64,000 nucleotides of DNA from assembly GCA_009787025.1 (NCBI GenBank), contig WRGT01000072.1, forward strand, positions 12,393 to 76,392, given 5' to 3'. Origin of the DNA: Spirochaetota bacterium. Lineage in GTDB: Bacteria; Spirochaetota; UBA4802; UBA5550. The notes beneath the pieces were generated by a model. It was not told the origin of the DNA and did no database searches. It worked only from the letters and a program-made list of their open reading frames with translations. Positions 51,354 to 62,352 of this stretch are shown here, in pieces; position 1 is the first letter of the stretch; every line of letters starts with the position of its first letter. Position numbers and translations under genes: made by a program.

Positions 51354-53294
51354 TTAATCCTTCTTTAAAATAGTATATGGAACAGTATAATCTCCTTTAG
51401 CATTCCATAAAATATATCCGCTGCACCCGCTCTCTTTTGAGCCATTAATCTGGTATTGTACATACTGAGGTCCCCATGTTGGAGACAATAAATTAAAGGC
51501 TTGTAAATAAGGTCTAATCTGTACAGATCTATTTACCAAATATGTTCCCCTAATACAGGCATCTTTAACTATTCTATATGGCTTCAGAGCCGTCTCAACA
51601 TTATTATAAAACCTATTCCCAAAATGGGATGGATATAGCATTGGAGATATTACATCAACCACATGAGATAATTCTTCTATATCCTGACCAATCCAATTCC
51701 CAAAAAAATACCATGAGTTGAAGCCATAAATATCAACTGATATTGGTATATTTAATAATTCCTTAGCCTGCCTTAAAAAATCAACCAAAATTTCTGACTT
51801 ATATGTTTCTTTATCAACTTTAAATGAAAAGTAACATAAATTTATCGGACCATCTGCCGGAAATCTTATATAATCATATTGAATTTCATCAAATCCTAAT
51901 TTTTCTATATCCTTTGATAAACCAATATTATAATTATGAACAAATTCCGAATAGGGGTCAACCCAAAATTCATTTTCAGTCCCTTTCCACTGTGTACTAT
52001 TCCTTTTATCCTTTATTGCATATTTCCCATTATAAGCAGCCCAAAGTTTCGGATCTTTAAAAACTACAACTCTTGCAACGCTATAAATATTATTTTCCTT
52101 TAATTTATTTAATATTTCTTTAAAATTTATTATCCTTTTTTGAGCATTTATCTCAGATGCGGTCTTATCGCCGGCTTTAAAATAGATATTTCCAAAATCA
52201 TCTTTCATGTCTATTATAAATGTATTAATTTCACTTTTTTTAGCTATATCAATATACTTGCTGAGGTTTTTCTCTAAGGCAATTATACTTAAATATATAC
52301 CCCTTTTATTAGAAGCTTTTTCAGATCGAATTTTCTTTTCAGGATTAGGAAACTTAACTGAGACAGGAGGATAATAATCGGTTTTATCATAGATTATCGC
52401 TGTAATTATATCTTTTCTATCGGCAACTCTTTTTATCAGCGTGTTATAAGCATCAAGAGGAATTATATCCGATCCAGCGTAAATATAACAATTCAGGCTG
52501 TCTGAAAAAAAAATCTTCTTATTGTGAAGTTGAATATCATAAATTATTGAATTAAAGCTTTTATCTTTTATAAAATAAGCAGGCATAAATTTATTAGAAG
52601 ATTTTCCCTTTTTATATAAACCGGCGCCAAAATAAAATCCTGCATATAAGTCATTGCCATCATAAAGTATAGAAGATAGCTGTTCGGTAAATTTTAATGA
52701 AGTTGAATAATTTTCTTCTGGGAGTCCTTTTCCGGCATTTTGAAATTTGGAACCGTTTAACTCAAAAATCCCATTAAAAGATGTACCCGCAAATATTTTG
52801 TTACCGGATATGGCAATTGATGTAATATAATTCTTTTTATTATCTAAACCATTTAAGGTTATTTCTTTCCAAATATTACCTCCATCTGTTGATCTATATA
52901 TGGAATGTTTTGTAGCTGCTGCAAGATTTTTACTATCTTCTAAATCTACCGAAAATGCCGAAATTTTTCTATAACCTGCATTTTTATTATATATACTTCT
53001 CCTCTTAAATTCATCGGGACAGATATTCTCCCATTTATTATTATTGAATCTAAATAGTCCCGATTCAAATGTAGTTAAATACAGATAATCCTTTGCCTTA
53101 TAGAACCTGATTGGAGTAAAAATTTCAGGTAACCCCTTATTAAATGAACTCCATGATTTTCCGTCATTATCGGATATTAGTACGCCGCTTTCAGCAGTAG
53201 CAATATAGATTGTATAGTTAGAAGAGAATGCAAAATCAGTCAAAAATAACAGAGCAATAAAAAATATACTTATTATATAGACTCTCTTCGTCAT
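51354..53294 (-). CDS. secreted protein with BNR/Asp-box repeats and C-terminal putative glycoside-hydrolase-like TIM-barrel (COG1306/DUF4015-like)
   Basis: signal peptide after internal Met (track ORF extends to 53330); Asp-boxes SDNDGKSW and STDGGNIW. Confidence 0.5.
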   Translation of the reverse strand: MTKRVYIISIFFIALLFLTDFAFSSNYTIYIATAESGVLISDNDGKSWSSFNKGLPEIFTPIRFYKAKDYLYLTTFESGLFRFNNNKWENICPDEFKRRSIYNKNAGYRKISAFSVDLEDSKNLAAATKHSIYRSTDGGNIWKEITLNGLDNKKNYITSIAISGNKIFAGTSFNGIFELNGSKFQNAGKGLPEENYSTSLKFTEQLSSILYDGNDLYAGFYFGAGLYKKGKSSNKFMPAYFIKDKSFNSIIYDIQLHNKKIFFSDSLNCYIYAGSDIIPLDAYNTLIKRVADRKDIITAIIYDKTDYYPPVSVKFPNPEKKIRSEKASNKRGIYLSIIALEKNLSKYIDIAKKSEINTFIIDMKDDFGNIYFKAGDKTASEINAQKRIINFKEILNKLKENNIYSVARVVVFKDPKLWAAYNGKYAIKDKRNSTQWKGTENEFWVDPYSEFVHNYNIGLSKDIEKLGFDEIQYDYIRFPADGPINLCYFSFKVDKETYKSEILVDFLRQAKELLNIPISVDIYGFNSWYFFGNWIGQDIEELSHVVDVISPMLYPSHFGNRFYNNVETALKPYRIVKDACIRGTYLVNRSVQIRPYLQAFNLLSPTWGPQYVQYQINGSKESGCSGYILWNAKGDYTVPYTILKKD

Positions 53295-53295
53295 T

Positions 53296-54978
53296 TCAAT
53301 CTCCGAATTTTTTGTAAAACATTTCTTCATTCATAATAGAATATGTATAACCCTGTTCCGTAAGAAAAAGCTGCCTGTTTAATGAAAATTTTTCTTCTAC
53401 CGAATTAGATGTGATGATAGTATAAAAATATGCATAATTATCATTTTTCTTTGGTCTTAATACACGACCAAGCCTTTGCGCCTCTTCCTGTCTTGACCCA
53501 AAAGTACCGGAAATTTGTATAGCCACATTTGCATCTGGAAGATCTACTGAGAAATTTGCAACTTTTGATACAATAAGGTATTTTATCTCACCGTTTCTGA
53601 ATCTCTTATATAGATCTTCGCGTTCAGACAAAGGCGTACTCCCCGAAATCATCGGAAAGCCGAGTATTTTTTTATATTCTTCAAGTTGAGCTATATACTG
53701 ACCAATAATAATAATATTTGAATCAATATGATGTTTTAAAATATTTTTTACAAAATCTATCTTTCTTGGATTTTCTGATGCTATTCTGAACTTTTCCCTA
53801 TCCTTAGATAATGAATATTGAAATCTCTTATCCTCAGGCAGCTCAATCCTTATTTCCGTACAGAGAGCAGTGGCAATCCATTTTGTCTTTTCTAAAATTT
53901 TCCATGGTATATCATATTTTTTTGGTCCTATTAAACTAAAAACATCAGCCTCAAGTCCATCTTCTCTGATAAGAGTAGCAGTAAGTCCAAGTCTTCTTTT
54001 ACTCTGGATTTCAGATGTAAGTCTAAAAACAGGCGCAGGTAAAAGATGAACCTCATCATATATAATAAGACCCCAATTTTTGGAATTGAAAAGGTCAAAA
54101 TGTAAAAAATCCTCTTTCTTATTTTTTCTATATGTTAAAATATTATATGTTGCTATTGTAATAGGCTTAATCTCTTTTTTATCTCCTGAATATTCGCCTA
54201 TCATATCTCCACTTAACGTGGTCCAAACCAACAGTTCTTCTTTCCATTGTCTAAGCGCAATTGTATTTGTTACAAGTATTAAGGTTTCTGATTTTATTTC
54301 AGCCATAACGCCTATACCTACCATTGTTTTACCTGCGCCGCATGGTAATACAACGACTCCGCTGCCGCCTTCCGGACCGCCCCCTTTATAAAATGCATTT
54401 ACAGAATCAGACTGATAGTCTCTAAACTCCAAACCCTTCCCATCTGCATCAATTGGACGCACAATAATATCGCAGGGATCACCATCTTCATATCCGGCAA
54501 GATCCTCAACAGGAAACCCTAATTTTATAAGAGCCTGCTTTATATGCCCGCGAAATAGCTTTTTTACTTTAACATTATTTGAATCTATTCTTTCATGAAT
54601 ATAGTTTTGGATTTTTTTATTATATACAATCTCATTAATCAATGTTACATCCGATGAAGTTAAAATAAGCTCTTCATCGACTATTATAAGCTTCAAAAGT
54701 CCATATCTCTTCATCTGTTCATAAATAGATGTATATACACTATCCGGAATCTCATATTTTGAATAACGTTCAAGATAAGCTGTTATATCATCTGCATTGA
54801 GCCCTGATGCGGCAGCATTCCATAGAGATAATGGCGTTATCCTATACGTATGAATATGCTCAGGGCTTTTCTCTAATTCAGAGAACTGAGATATTGCATT
54901 TCTTGCATCCTCATAAGCTGAGTTACCAACCTCAACGAGGAGTGTATTATCACTTTGTACAATAACAGGGTTTGCCAT
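53296..54978 (-). CDS. XPB/Rad25(Ssl2)-like SF2 DNA helicase
   Basis: Walker A LPCGAGKT, DEVH box IIYDEVHLL, helicase motif VI QRLGRVLR, XPB-like N-terminal damage-recognition-like domain. Confidence 0.7.
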   Translation of the reverse strand: MANPVIVQSDNTLLVEVGNSAYEDARNAISQFSELEKSPEHIHTYRITPLSLWNAAASGLNADDITAYLERYSKYEIPDSVYTSIYEQMKRYGLLKLIIVDEELILTSSDVTLINEIVYNKKIQNYIHERIDSNNVKVKKLFRGHIKQALIKLGFPVEDLAGYEDGDPCDIIVRPIDADGKGLEFRDYQSDSVNAFYKGGGPEGGSGVVVLPCGAGKTMVGIGVMAEIKSETLILVTNTIALRQWKEELLVWTTLSGDMIGEYSGDKKEIKPITIATYNILTYRKNKKEDFLHFDLFNSKNWGLIIYDEVHLLPAPVFRLTSEIQSKRRLGLTATLIREDGLEADVFSLIGPKKYDIPWKILEKTKWIATALCTEIRIELPEDKRFQYSLSKDREKFRIASENPRKIDFVKNILKHHIDSNIIIIGQYIAQLEEYKKILGFPMISGSTPLSEREDLYKRFRNGEIKYLIVSKVANFSVDLPDANVAIQISGTFGSRQEEAQRLGRVLRPKKNDNYAYFYTIITSNSVEEKFSLNRQLFLTEQGYTYSIMNEEMFYKKFGD

Positions 54979-55075
54979 TTTTTTTCACAATCTAACTATC
55001 ATTTTATTATTTTTAATATAAAGAATACTCATCCGGCGCATATATACACACCTGCTATTTAATATTAATCTATTA

Positions 55076-55777
55076 TTAATTTACAGATCCTCTATTATAT
55101 AAATATTTTTCTGTTTCAATTATTGCTATAAAATCTTCAAGAGGATTATTTTCCAAATCTAACTCTTTCGCAAGCAGTGAATTTGATTCTGACGGTATCT
55201 CTATTACATTATACCCAAAGTATGAGCTTTGAATAAAAATCTGTAATAAAACTCCATGGTCATCAAGAGTAATATCAATATCCTTCGTTGATTCTATATT
55301 ATAACCTTTATTTTCAGATAATGGATCAGTTAAATTACACTCTATTACATCATTTAAATAGTTTGTCAATCCATCTAAAAAATTCAATACATTATCATCA
55401 ATCTTTGTATAGTCATAATTCTCAAGAATACGGCTGCATGTAACAACATCATAACCATAGTTAAGGTTAGTAATAATATTATGTAAATCCTTAATAAATT
55501 GAGGATTATTAATGTCTAAAGTTACAAGATATGAATAATTTAAATCTCTTGCATAAGATAATATTGAGGCAAAACAGGCTCCATAGCCTAATTTTTCGCC
55601 ATGGATTAGTACTTTAACAGAATTAAACTCTTTCAACTCATCCAATATATCATAATCAGAGGCTTCATCAATAATTAAAATATCCGTCTCATCAATATTT
55701 TGAATTTCTAATACAGCGTTTTTAATAAATTCAAAATTGTTATATGATATAATTGCTGTTAAAATTTTTTTATTCAT
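55076..55777 (-). CDS. family-2 glycosyltransferase (short DPM1-like)
   Basis: ILIIDEASDYD ... GYGACFASILSYA ... VVTCSRI parallels GT2 DxD and catalytic regions; start set at internal ATG with AGGA RBS. Confidence 0.5.
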   Translation of the reverse strand: MNKKILTAIISYNNFEFIKNAVLEIQNIDETDILIIDEASDYDILDELKEFNSVKVLIHGEKLGYGACFASILSYARDLNYSYLVTLDINNPQFIKDLHNIITNLNYGYDVVTCSRILENYDYTKIDDNVLNFLDGLTNYLNDVIECNLTDPLSENKGYNIESTKDIDITLDDHGVLLQIFIQSSYFGYNVIEIPSESNSLLAKELDLENNPLEDFIAIIETEKYLYNRGSVN

Positions 55778-55979
55778 ATTAGTCCTATAAAATAATATAA
55801 ATGCCATTTTACAAATATAATAATTTCAAATCAATAATTAATAATTTTTAAAAATAAGACTGCGCTCTTATTTTTCCGACTGCCTCTCTATTTCACATTA
55901 TTCAAAAAAATATTATTTACACATTCTTAATAAAAATTTATTGTTTGAAATATATTTATAGAAACGAAAGGGGCAATCT

Positions 55980-56282
55980 ATGGGAGTTATAATTAAAGAT
56001 ATTAAAAGAAATAACAACGAGATAATAAGAATTGAAGTTTCGGAATTTAAAGGGAAAGAGTTAATAAATTTACGGATATGGTATGTTGCAGATAGAGATT
56101 CTAACGGCAATGATATTTATAAACCGACACAAAAAGGAGTTGCGCTGAATATTTCAGAGTTTGCCGAGCTAAAAGACGGCATTGACAGACTTCAAGCATA
56201 CATAAAAGACAAGGCAGCAGGTACTGTGCCAGAGCAATTATCGGAGCAGAAGAAGGTTAATGATTCGGGGGAAGAAGATTAG
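55980..56282 (+). CDS. PC4/YdbC-like single-stranded-DNA-binding (transcriptional coactivator p15-like) protein
   Basis: IRIEVSEFKGKELINLRIWY...KGVALNISEFAELKDGIDRL matches the PC4-fold consensus. Confidence 0.5.
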   Translation: MGVIIKDIKRNNNEIIRIEVSEFKGKELINLRIWYVADRDSNGNDIYKPTQKGVALNISEFAELKDGIDRLQAYIKDKAAGTVPEQLSEQKKVNDSGEED

Positions 56283-56438
56283 TTATATATTTTTTATTTC
56301 TTTAGTCTGGCTGTAAGCCTGATTCTCTATAGCGCAGGGCATTTGCCATGCTAAAATATGTATGATAATAATCTGATTGTATATGTTAAGGCTATGACCC
56401 GTTTATGCTTTTCGCAGATTAATAAAACTTATAATAAT

Positions 56439-58316
56439 ATGAAAATCCTTTTTATACAACTCCCGCTTATAGATCATTCACATGGATATATAAATGGAAA
56501 TATTGATTATGCTCCTGCTGTAATCTCTTCATTTATTCAAAAAAATTTTAAAGATATTACGTGTATAAGACTGCCATACGTCCTGTGCAACTTTTGTTCG
56601 GATGAAATAATTATAAAATATATATCAGCAGAATCTCCTGATATTATCTGTTTTACATCTTACTTATGGAATGTTGAAAGAAATTTAAGATTATCAAAAT
56701 TAATTAAAACTAAAATGAATAATACACAGATATTTTTCGGCGGTCCTGAAATATCTGCAGGCTCAATAGCTCTCTCTTCATATAATAGTGACGTTGATAT
56801 TTTTATTTCAGGTGAAGGCGAATGGTTTTTTGAACTTTTTTTATCAGGCAAAAATATCAATATAACAAAAATTAATAGCAACAATGTAGCTATTCAGCAA
56901 AACAATGAACTTATCGGTATAAAAAAAATAGTCGAACCTTTTTCAAATAATAACTTGGATACATTAATTGACGGTTCTGCTTTTATTGAGATGACAAGGG
57001 GATGTCCCTATAAGTGCAGCTATTGCTTTTATTCTAAAAATCAAAATAGAGTCAGAGAATTGCCTTTTTCCATACTATTAAATGTTATTAAGAATAAAAA
57101 AGAGGTGAAAGATATATACATTCTAAGCCCTGCATTTGAAACATCTAAAAATTTTATACAGAATTTGGAGAGTCTAAAAAAGATGAATCATAATGTAACT
57201 CTCCACACAGAGATAAGAGCGGAAAACATCTCAAAGGATATTGCAAATCTGATGTATGAAGCAGGTTTTAGAAGTCTTGAAGTTGGTCTTCAATCTATGA
57301 ATAAAAACGCTCTTAGTAGTGTAAAAAGAAAAACAAATCCGGACAAAGAACTCACAGGAATTGAAAATCTGTCAAATGCGGGAATCAATTTAAAGATAGG
57401 CATAATACCCGGATTGCCCGATGATGATATAAACAGTTTTTTAAAGACAGTAGATGTTTTATGTAACAGGGGTTTTGAAGAATTTATAGAGCTATACCCA
57501 TTAATGATTTTACCCGGAACAGAAATCAGAGAGCAGGGATTAAAAGATAATATTGAGTTCCAAAAAAAACCTCCATACTATTTCACAGAAGGTTGGAATT
57601 TTAATTTTGAAGATATTAAATCAATATCGGCATATATTGAAAATAAAACAGGTCTGTCTAACAGGGTATTTTATCTTCCCGATTTTTCAGATAGTGACGA
57701 TTCGCTTTTTACTAAAGGATTAATCCTTGATGATAATTGCAAATCGGATATTTCAAAAAGTATTTCAGATTCCGTAGATACTTATGTTACGGATATTCAT
57801 ATAACAGTAATTAGTCTAAACACTTTCTATAATTTAGTAAAAAATTTTATTAAAACTGCAGATAGAAACAGATTATATAATATAGTCATCTACTCGAATT
57901 TGATTTTTGATGAAAGTTTAATCTCTGGCATAATGAAAGAATTTGAAACAGATAATTTCTACAGGAGATTAAATATCTTTAACTCTTTTGCGGAAGGTTC
58001 TATCTTTCATTTTTTTCAGGTAATAAATAATTTGCATACATATTTTGAAGTTGAAGAGAGGTACAGCATTATAACACCTGTCTTATATGCAGATCATAAT
58101 ACGGCAAAAGAGCTTGCAGAAAAAAACTTTAATGATATGCCGTTACTGATTGAATCAGAAATGTATAACAGGTTAAAAAACTTTTTAATCTCAAATTATA
58201 ATAAAAATCCCGAATATATAGCATTTAAAAACAGCAATGATATGGAAAACTTCTACAATGACATATCGGCAGATTTAATAAAATTCCCATTTAGCTTCGG
58301 ATTAAAAAAGATATAG
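56439..58316 (+). CDS. B12-binding-domain radical SAM protein
   Basis: CPYKCSYC radical-SAM cluster preceded by about 170-aa Rossmann-like B12-binding-type domain; start set at MKILFIQLPL (track ORF from 56358). Confidence 0.7.
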   Translation: MKILFIQLPLIDHSHGYINGNIDYAPAVISSFIQKNFKDITCIRLPYVLCNFCSDEIIIKYISAESPDIICFTSYLWNVERNLRLSKLIKTKMNNTQIFFGGPEISAGSIALSSYNSDVDIFISGEGEWFFELFLSGKNINITKINSNNVAIQQNNELIGIKKIVEPFSNNNLDTLIDGSAFIEMTRGCPYKCSYCFYSKNQNRVRELPFSILLNVIKNKKEVKDIYILSPAFETSKNFIQNLESLKKMNHNVTLHTEIRAENISKDIANLMYEAGFRSLEVGLQSMNKNALSSVKRKTNPDKELTGIENLSNAGINLKIGIIPGLPDDDINSFLKTVDVLCNRGFEEFIELYPLMILPGTEIREQGLKDNIEFQKKPPYYFTEGWNFNFEDIKSISAYIENKTGLSNRVFYLPDFSDSDDSLFTKGLILDDNCKSDISKSISDSVDTYVTDIHITVISLNTFYNLVKNFIKTADRNRLYNIVIYSNLIFDESLISGIMKEFETDNFYRRLNIFNSFAEGSIFHFFQVINNLHTYFEVEERYSIITPVLYADHNTAKELAEKNFNDMPLLIESEMYNRLKNFLISNYNKNPEYIAFKNSNDMENFYNDISADLIKFPFSFGLKKI

Positions 58317-58319
58317 ACT

Positions 58320-59162
58320 TTAAACTAAACCATTAATTTCATCATTCATTTCTTTTAAGGCTTGCGCCGAAGCATCTGCATAGCTCATATTCTTAAAAGT
58401 CTTGTATGCATAATTCAAAGAACTTGATGCATTAATCCTGTGTATCTTAATATCCGGCGTATTTTTTAAGACATTCATTACATCTTCAATACTTCCGCCC
58501 TGAGCTCCTACACCCGGAATTAAAAACGGAATCTCCTTTTTTGCTTCTATAAATATATCAGAAATCATTTTAAGCTGCTGCGGATATGTCGCTCCTGCTA
58601 CAGAACCTATTCCGGGATGGAACCACTTTACTACAAGTTCTGCAATATGTAAAAATAGCTCCTTCTCATTCACCTTTAAATCCTGTATCTCTTTTGAAGT
58701 GCTATTGGAAGTTTTGGTAAGTATATAATATCCCTTATCAGGGTAGCCCTTAATAAACGGCTCAATGGAATCATAACCTAAATATGGAGACAGCGTAACT
58801 CCGTCTGCATCAAAATAATCAAATGCCTCCTTTGCATAGGCTTGCGCGGTTTTTCCAATATCACCCCTTTTATAATCAAGTATAACCGGAATATCTGCTG
58901 ATTTATAAAGTTTAATTATTCTTTCAAGAGATATAATACCATCCATACCGTACTGCGCATAGAATGCATAATTCGGTTTAACAGCGCCCGGAAAAATATT
59001 CTTTTGTATAAGCTTATTTAATATGCTTTCATAAAATTTATATATATTATTACCGATGGAATCATCTTTTTCCGGTATATCTTCAATTACAGGGTCAAGA
59101 CCCATACATACTATACTTGAAAATTTATCAGCGCTTTTTTTAAGAATATCAATGTAGTTCAT
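58320..59162 (-). CDS. pyrF: orotidine 5'-phosphate decarboxylase, type 2 (long form)
   Basis: about 280 aa, IVCMGLDP motif, type-2 architecture. Confidence 0.7.
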   Translation of the reverse strand: MNYIDILKKSADKFSSIVCMGLDPVIEDIPEKDDSIGNNIYKFYESILNKLIQKNIFPGAVKPNYAFYAQYGMDGIISLERIIKLYKSADIPVILDYKRGDIGKTAQAYAKEAFDYFDADGVTLSPYLGYDSIEPFIKGYPDKGYYILTKTSNSTSKEIQDLKVNEKELFLHIAELVVKWFHPGIGSVAGATYPQQLKMISDIFIEAKKEIPFLIPGVGAQGGSIEDVMNVLKNTPDIKIHRINASSSLNYAYKTFKNMSYADASAQALKEMNDEINGLV

Positions 59163-59691
59163 CTTTTAATCTGCCTAAAGTCTTATTGTATATGTTATAA
59201 TTATCATCATCAAAAAGAACAAAAATAATATCAGCAATATATTTTTCTTTCTCCATAAATTCAATAACTGTTTTTACTGCAATCTCTGCCGCTTCTTCTT
59301 TCGGATAATTATAAACGCCTGTAGATATTGCAGGAAAAGATACGGATTTAAGATTATATTCTTTTACAAGATTCATTGAATTCCAATACGAATTTTTTAA
59401 AACTTGAGCTTCACCCCTCTTCCCATCTTTATATACAGGTCCAGGAGTGTGAATAATATATCCTGCTTTAAGATTATATCCTTTGGTAATTCTTGCCTCT
59501 CCGGCATTACATCCTCCAAAGGTTCTACACTCTTTAATAAGTTCCTGACCTGCTGCTTTATGAATCGCACCATCAACTCCTCCACCGCCAAGGAGCGAAG
59601 TATTTGCAGCATTAACGATAGCATCACTGTTTTCACGAGTAATATCCCCCTGTTTAATTATAATTCTTTGTATTAAATCGGTTTTCCCCAT
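59149..59691 (-). CDS. macro-domain protein (O-acetyl-ADP-ribose deacetylase-like)
   Basis: NAANTSLLGGGGVDGAIHKAAG; start set at ATG with GAGGAG RBS (track ORF extends to 59727). Confidence 0.75.
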   Translation of the reverse strand: MGKTDLIQRIIIKQGDITRENSDAIVNAANTSLLGGGGVDGAIHKAAGQELIKECRTFGGCNAGEARITKGYNLKAGYIIHTPGPVYKDGKRGEAQVLKNSYWNSMNLVKEYNLKSVSFPAISTGVYNYPKEEAAEIAVKTVIEFMEKEKYIADIIFVLFDDDNYNIYNKTLGRLKDELH

Positions 59692-59935
59692 GATTATTTG
59701 TCTCCTCTGCGCAATCCGTAACTTCACCCACTTAAGAGTTTTAATCCATATGGAATTGCTTTTTCAATAAATTCAAGATTATCTCTTTTGCCTCTTGAAT
59801 ATCTGCCACTTATAGTCACTATTTCTACTTTTACATTATTTGTATAATCAATACTTTTTGTAATTGCAATATTTTACAAGAACAGCAATTATACATCAAT
59901 AAAAATTTAAGTAATATAAGGAATAATTTATTCAA

Positions 59936-60619
59936 ATGAATATTGGAGTTATTCTTGCAGGCGGAAAAGGTCTTCGCTTAAACGAAAAAATACCTAAACA
60001 GATGATATTGCTGGGCAATAAACCTATAATTTCATGGTCAGTAGATACATTTCATAAAATCAATCTGATAGATAAAGTAATAGTCGTTTCTGAAAAAAGT
60101 ATTTTAGATGATATGAAGAAATTATTTCCGCCTTATGATTATCCAAAATTATCCTGTATTGAGGGCGGAGAGGAGCGGCACAATTCATCATATAATGCAT
60201 TAATATCATCAAAATTTGATGACGATGACATTTTTTTGATCCATGATGCAGCCAGACCATTTGTCACTGAAGAGATTATTATAAACACTATCAACGAGGC
60301 AAGAGTCTCAGGGGCATGCGGAGTATATGTTAATACTTCTGACACAATCGCCATAGTAAATGATTTCAATATTGAATCAATACCTGACAGGAAAACAGTT
60401 TACTCAGCACAAACTCCGCAAGGATTTAAATACAGTGTAATTATGAAAGCGCACAAAAATAAAAACAAATCACAGGTTATTACAGATGATATTTCACTTG
60501 GATTCAACATGGGCTTAAATGTTTCCATAATTGACGGAGACTATAACAACTTCAAAATAACGACTGAACAAGATTTAAGATTTGCAGAATTTTTAACCGG
60601 AGCAAAAAATGTTAAATAA
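59936..60619 (+). CDS. ispD: IspD-family cytidylyltransferase (2-C-methyl-D-erythritol 4-phosphate or ribitol-5-phosphate cytidylyltransferase)
   Basis: GVILAGGKGLRL...PKQM; 227 aa. Confidence 0.65.
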   Translation: MNIGVILAGGKGLRLNEKIPKQMILLGNKPIISWSVDTFHKINLIDKVIVVSEKSILDDMKKLFPPYDYPKLSCIEGGEERHNSSYNALISSKFDDDDIFLIHDAARPFVTEEIIINTINEARVSGACGVYVNTSDTIAIVNDFNIESIPDRKTVYSAQTPQGFKYSVIMKAHKNKNKSQVITDDISLGFNMGLNVSIIDGDYNNFKITTEQDLRFAEFLTGAKNVK

Positions 60620-61589
60620 ATATTTAAATATGGATCCTATTCCCTGGCTGACAGATGGAGAAAATCCTGCTGTAACTTACCTTGTAAAGAACGAAATCTT
60701 AAATATAAAAGATACCGAAAAAAATTATGATGAACTCTTAAACTCAAATTTAACGGATTATTTTAACAGCAATCTATCAAAGGGAATTCTTGGCGGTAAA
60801 AATCACATTGATCTCCATAATAATGGTCCGGTGTGGTTTTTCCTTTTTGCTGTTGAATCCGGTTATAATAATAACAGCAGTTTTATTGCTTCAACTGCTG
60901 ATTACTTATGTGAAAAAAAACAATTAGACAATGGAGGATTTAAATTTAACAACAGCGATGCTGTAGGATGTAGAACAGGTAATATGACATACTCACTTTT
61001 GAAGAGCGGCATAACAGACTCTCGTTCATCAAATGGGATTAAGTGGATTATAAAGAATCAAAGAGATGATGGAGGATGGTTGCACTGTTCTTTTATAGGC
61101 GTTTGCAATGTTTTGAAGCTTATTCTTCTTAATAAATCAGATAATGGATTAAAATATGAATCTGACAATAAAATCCCCAGCTGCCCTGTTGCTTCATATA
61201 CATGTTTAAAAGCGCTGATTCAATCTGATCAATCGAATATGGATGTAATTAATAGAGGGATTGAATTTTTTTTAAAATACAATCTTTTTGTTAGAAAAAA
61301 ACAAAAAGTTCTTTGCGGGAACAGGGTCAGTTTTGAAAAATTAGGTTACCCTATTATGTCACAATACGATTTCCTCTCAGGTATGATACTAATTTCAAAA
61401 TTTGAAAAATATAATTCAAAGATTGGTGAATTATTTAATTCAATTATTAGAAAACAAAATCGTGACGCTACATGGAACTGTGAAAACAGATCACCCGGCA
61501 TGATAAACGAAAAACCCATGAAGAGCCGATGGGTAACATTAAATGCTTTAAGGCTTATAAATTCTATATCAAAACAAGAATATCAATGA
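60609..61589 (+). CDS. protein with prenyltransferase/squalene-cyclase-type QxxDGGW repeats
   Basis: QLDNGGFKF and QRDDGGWLH repeat motifs; 11-bp overlap with ispD-family gene. Confidence 0.4.
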   Translation: MLNKYLNMDPIPWLTDGENPAVTYLVKNEILNIKDTEKNYDELLNSNLTDYFNSNLSKGILGGKNHIDLHNNGPVWFFLFAVESGYNNNSSFIASTADYLCEKKQLDNGGFKFNNSDAVGCRTGNMTYSLLKSGITDSRSSNGIKWIIKNQRDDGGWLHCSFIGVCNVLKLILLNKSDNGLKYESDNKIPSCPVASYTCLKALIQSDQSNMDVINRGIEFFLKYNLFVRKKQKVLCGNRVSFEKLGYPIMSQYDFLSGMILISKFEKYNSKIGELFNSIIRKQNRDATWNCENRSPGMINEKPMKSRWVTLNALRLINSISKQEYQ

Positions 61590-62347
61590 GAAAAAGCATA
61601 GCCTACTGAAACTACAAAATTAATAGTTCGAATAAAACCGGATGACATATCAGTATATCTTGATGTATCGGGATTTACAAGTGTGATTTCCGGACTAAAT
61701 GATAGAGGATATTGATTAACATCAACGCCTGCTGAAATATACAATCCTCCGCTAAAATACATTGAAAAATTTATTTCACCTCCATATACAATCCCATTTA
61801 CATCCCTCTTGTTAGTTCCAGAATAACCCGGTTTAATTTTCCCTGCAATAGGCGTTGGATTATATTTAGCAATGGAATAACCGATCATTGGCGTTAATGA
61901 TATATCCCACCACTTTCTATTTATAAAATGAATAGAAGGACCTATATGAAATGAATAGCCGTTGTATAACGGTTCATTCCAATTTTGATAATCTGATCCG
62001 AAAAGGGTTCTTTGAACTATATAGACTTTTTTTAGTTTTGATTTGATTCCAACATAATCAATCGGCATATATTCAAAGAATACTCCAAAATCATATGACA
62101 GATGAGTAATGAGAAATTCTTTTGTAATCCCGCTTTCGGTAAAAACATATATATCATATGTGAGAAAATTATATTCTGAATCAATCGTATTACCATAAGG
62201 TGATCCAATTGACCCAAAGCATCCAATTAACATCTGCCCTTCATGAGCTCCCTCAGGCGGTTTATCAAGTTCTTCCAATAAAGAAGCATTTACAAATGTA
62301 ATTTGAAAGAAATAAATTATAAGCGCTAAAATAATCTTCTTATTCAT
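61583..62347 (-). CDS. hypothetical outer-membrane beta-barrel protein
   Basis: signal peptide, alternating amphipathic strands, C-terminal GYAFSH. Confidence 0.45.
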   Translation of the reverse strand: MNKKIILALIIYFFQITFVNASLLEELDKPPEGAHEGQMLIGCFGSIGSPYGNTIDSEYNFLTYDIYVFTESGITKEFLITHLSYDFGVFFEYMPIDYVGIKSKLKKVYIVQRTLFGSDYQNWNEPLYNGYSFHIGPSIHFINRKWWDISLTPMIGYSIAKYNPTPIAGKIKPGYSGTNKRDVNGIVYGGEINFSMYFSGGLYISAGVDVNQYPLSFSPEITLVNPDTSRYTDMSSGFIRTINFVVSVGYAFSH

Positions 62348-62352
62348 ATCAG

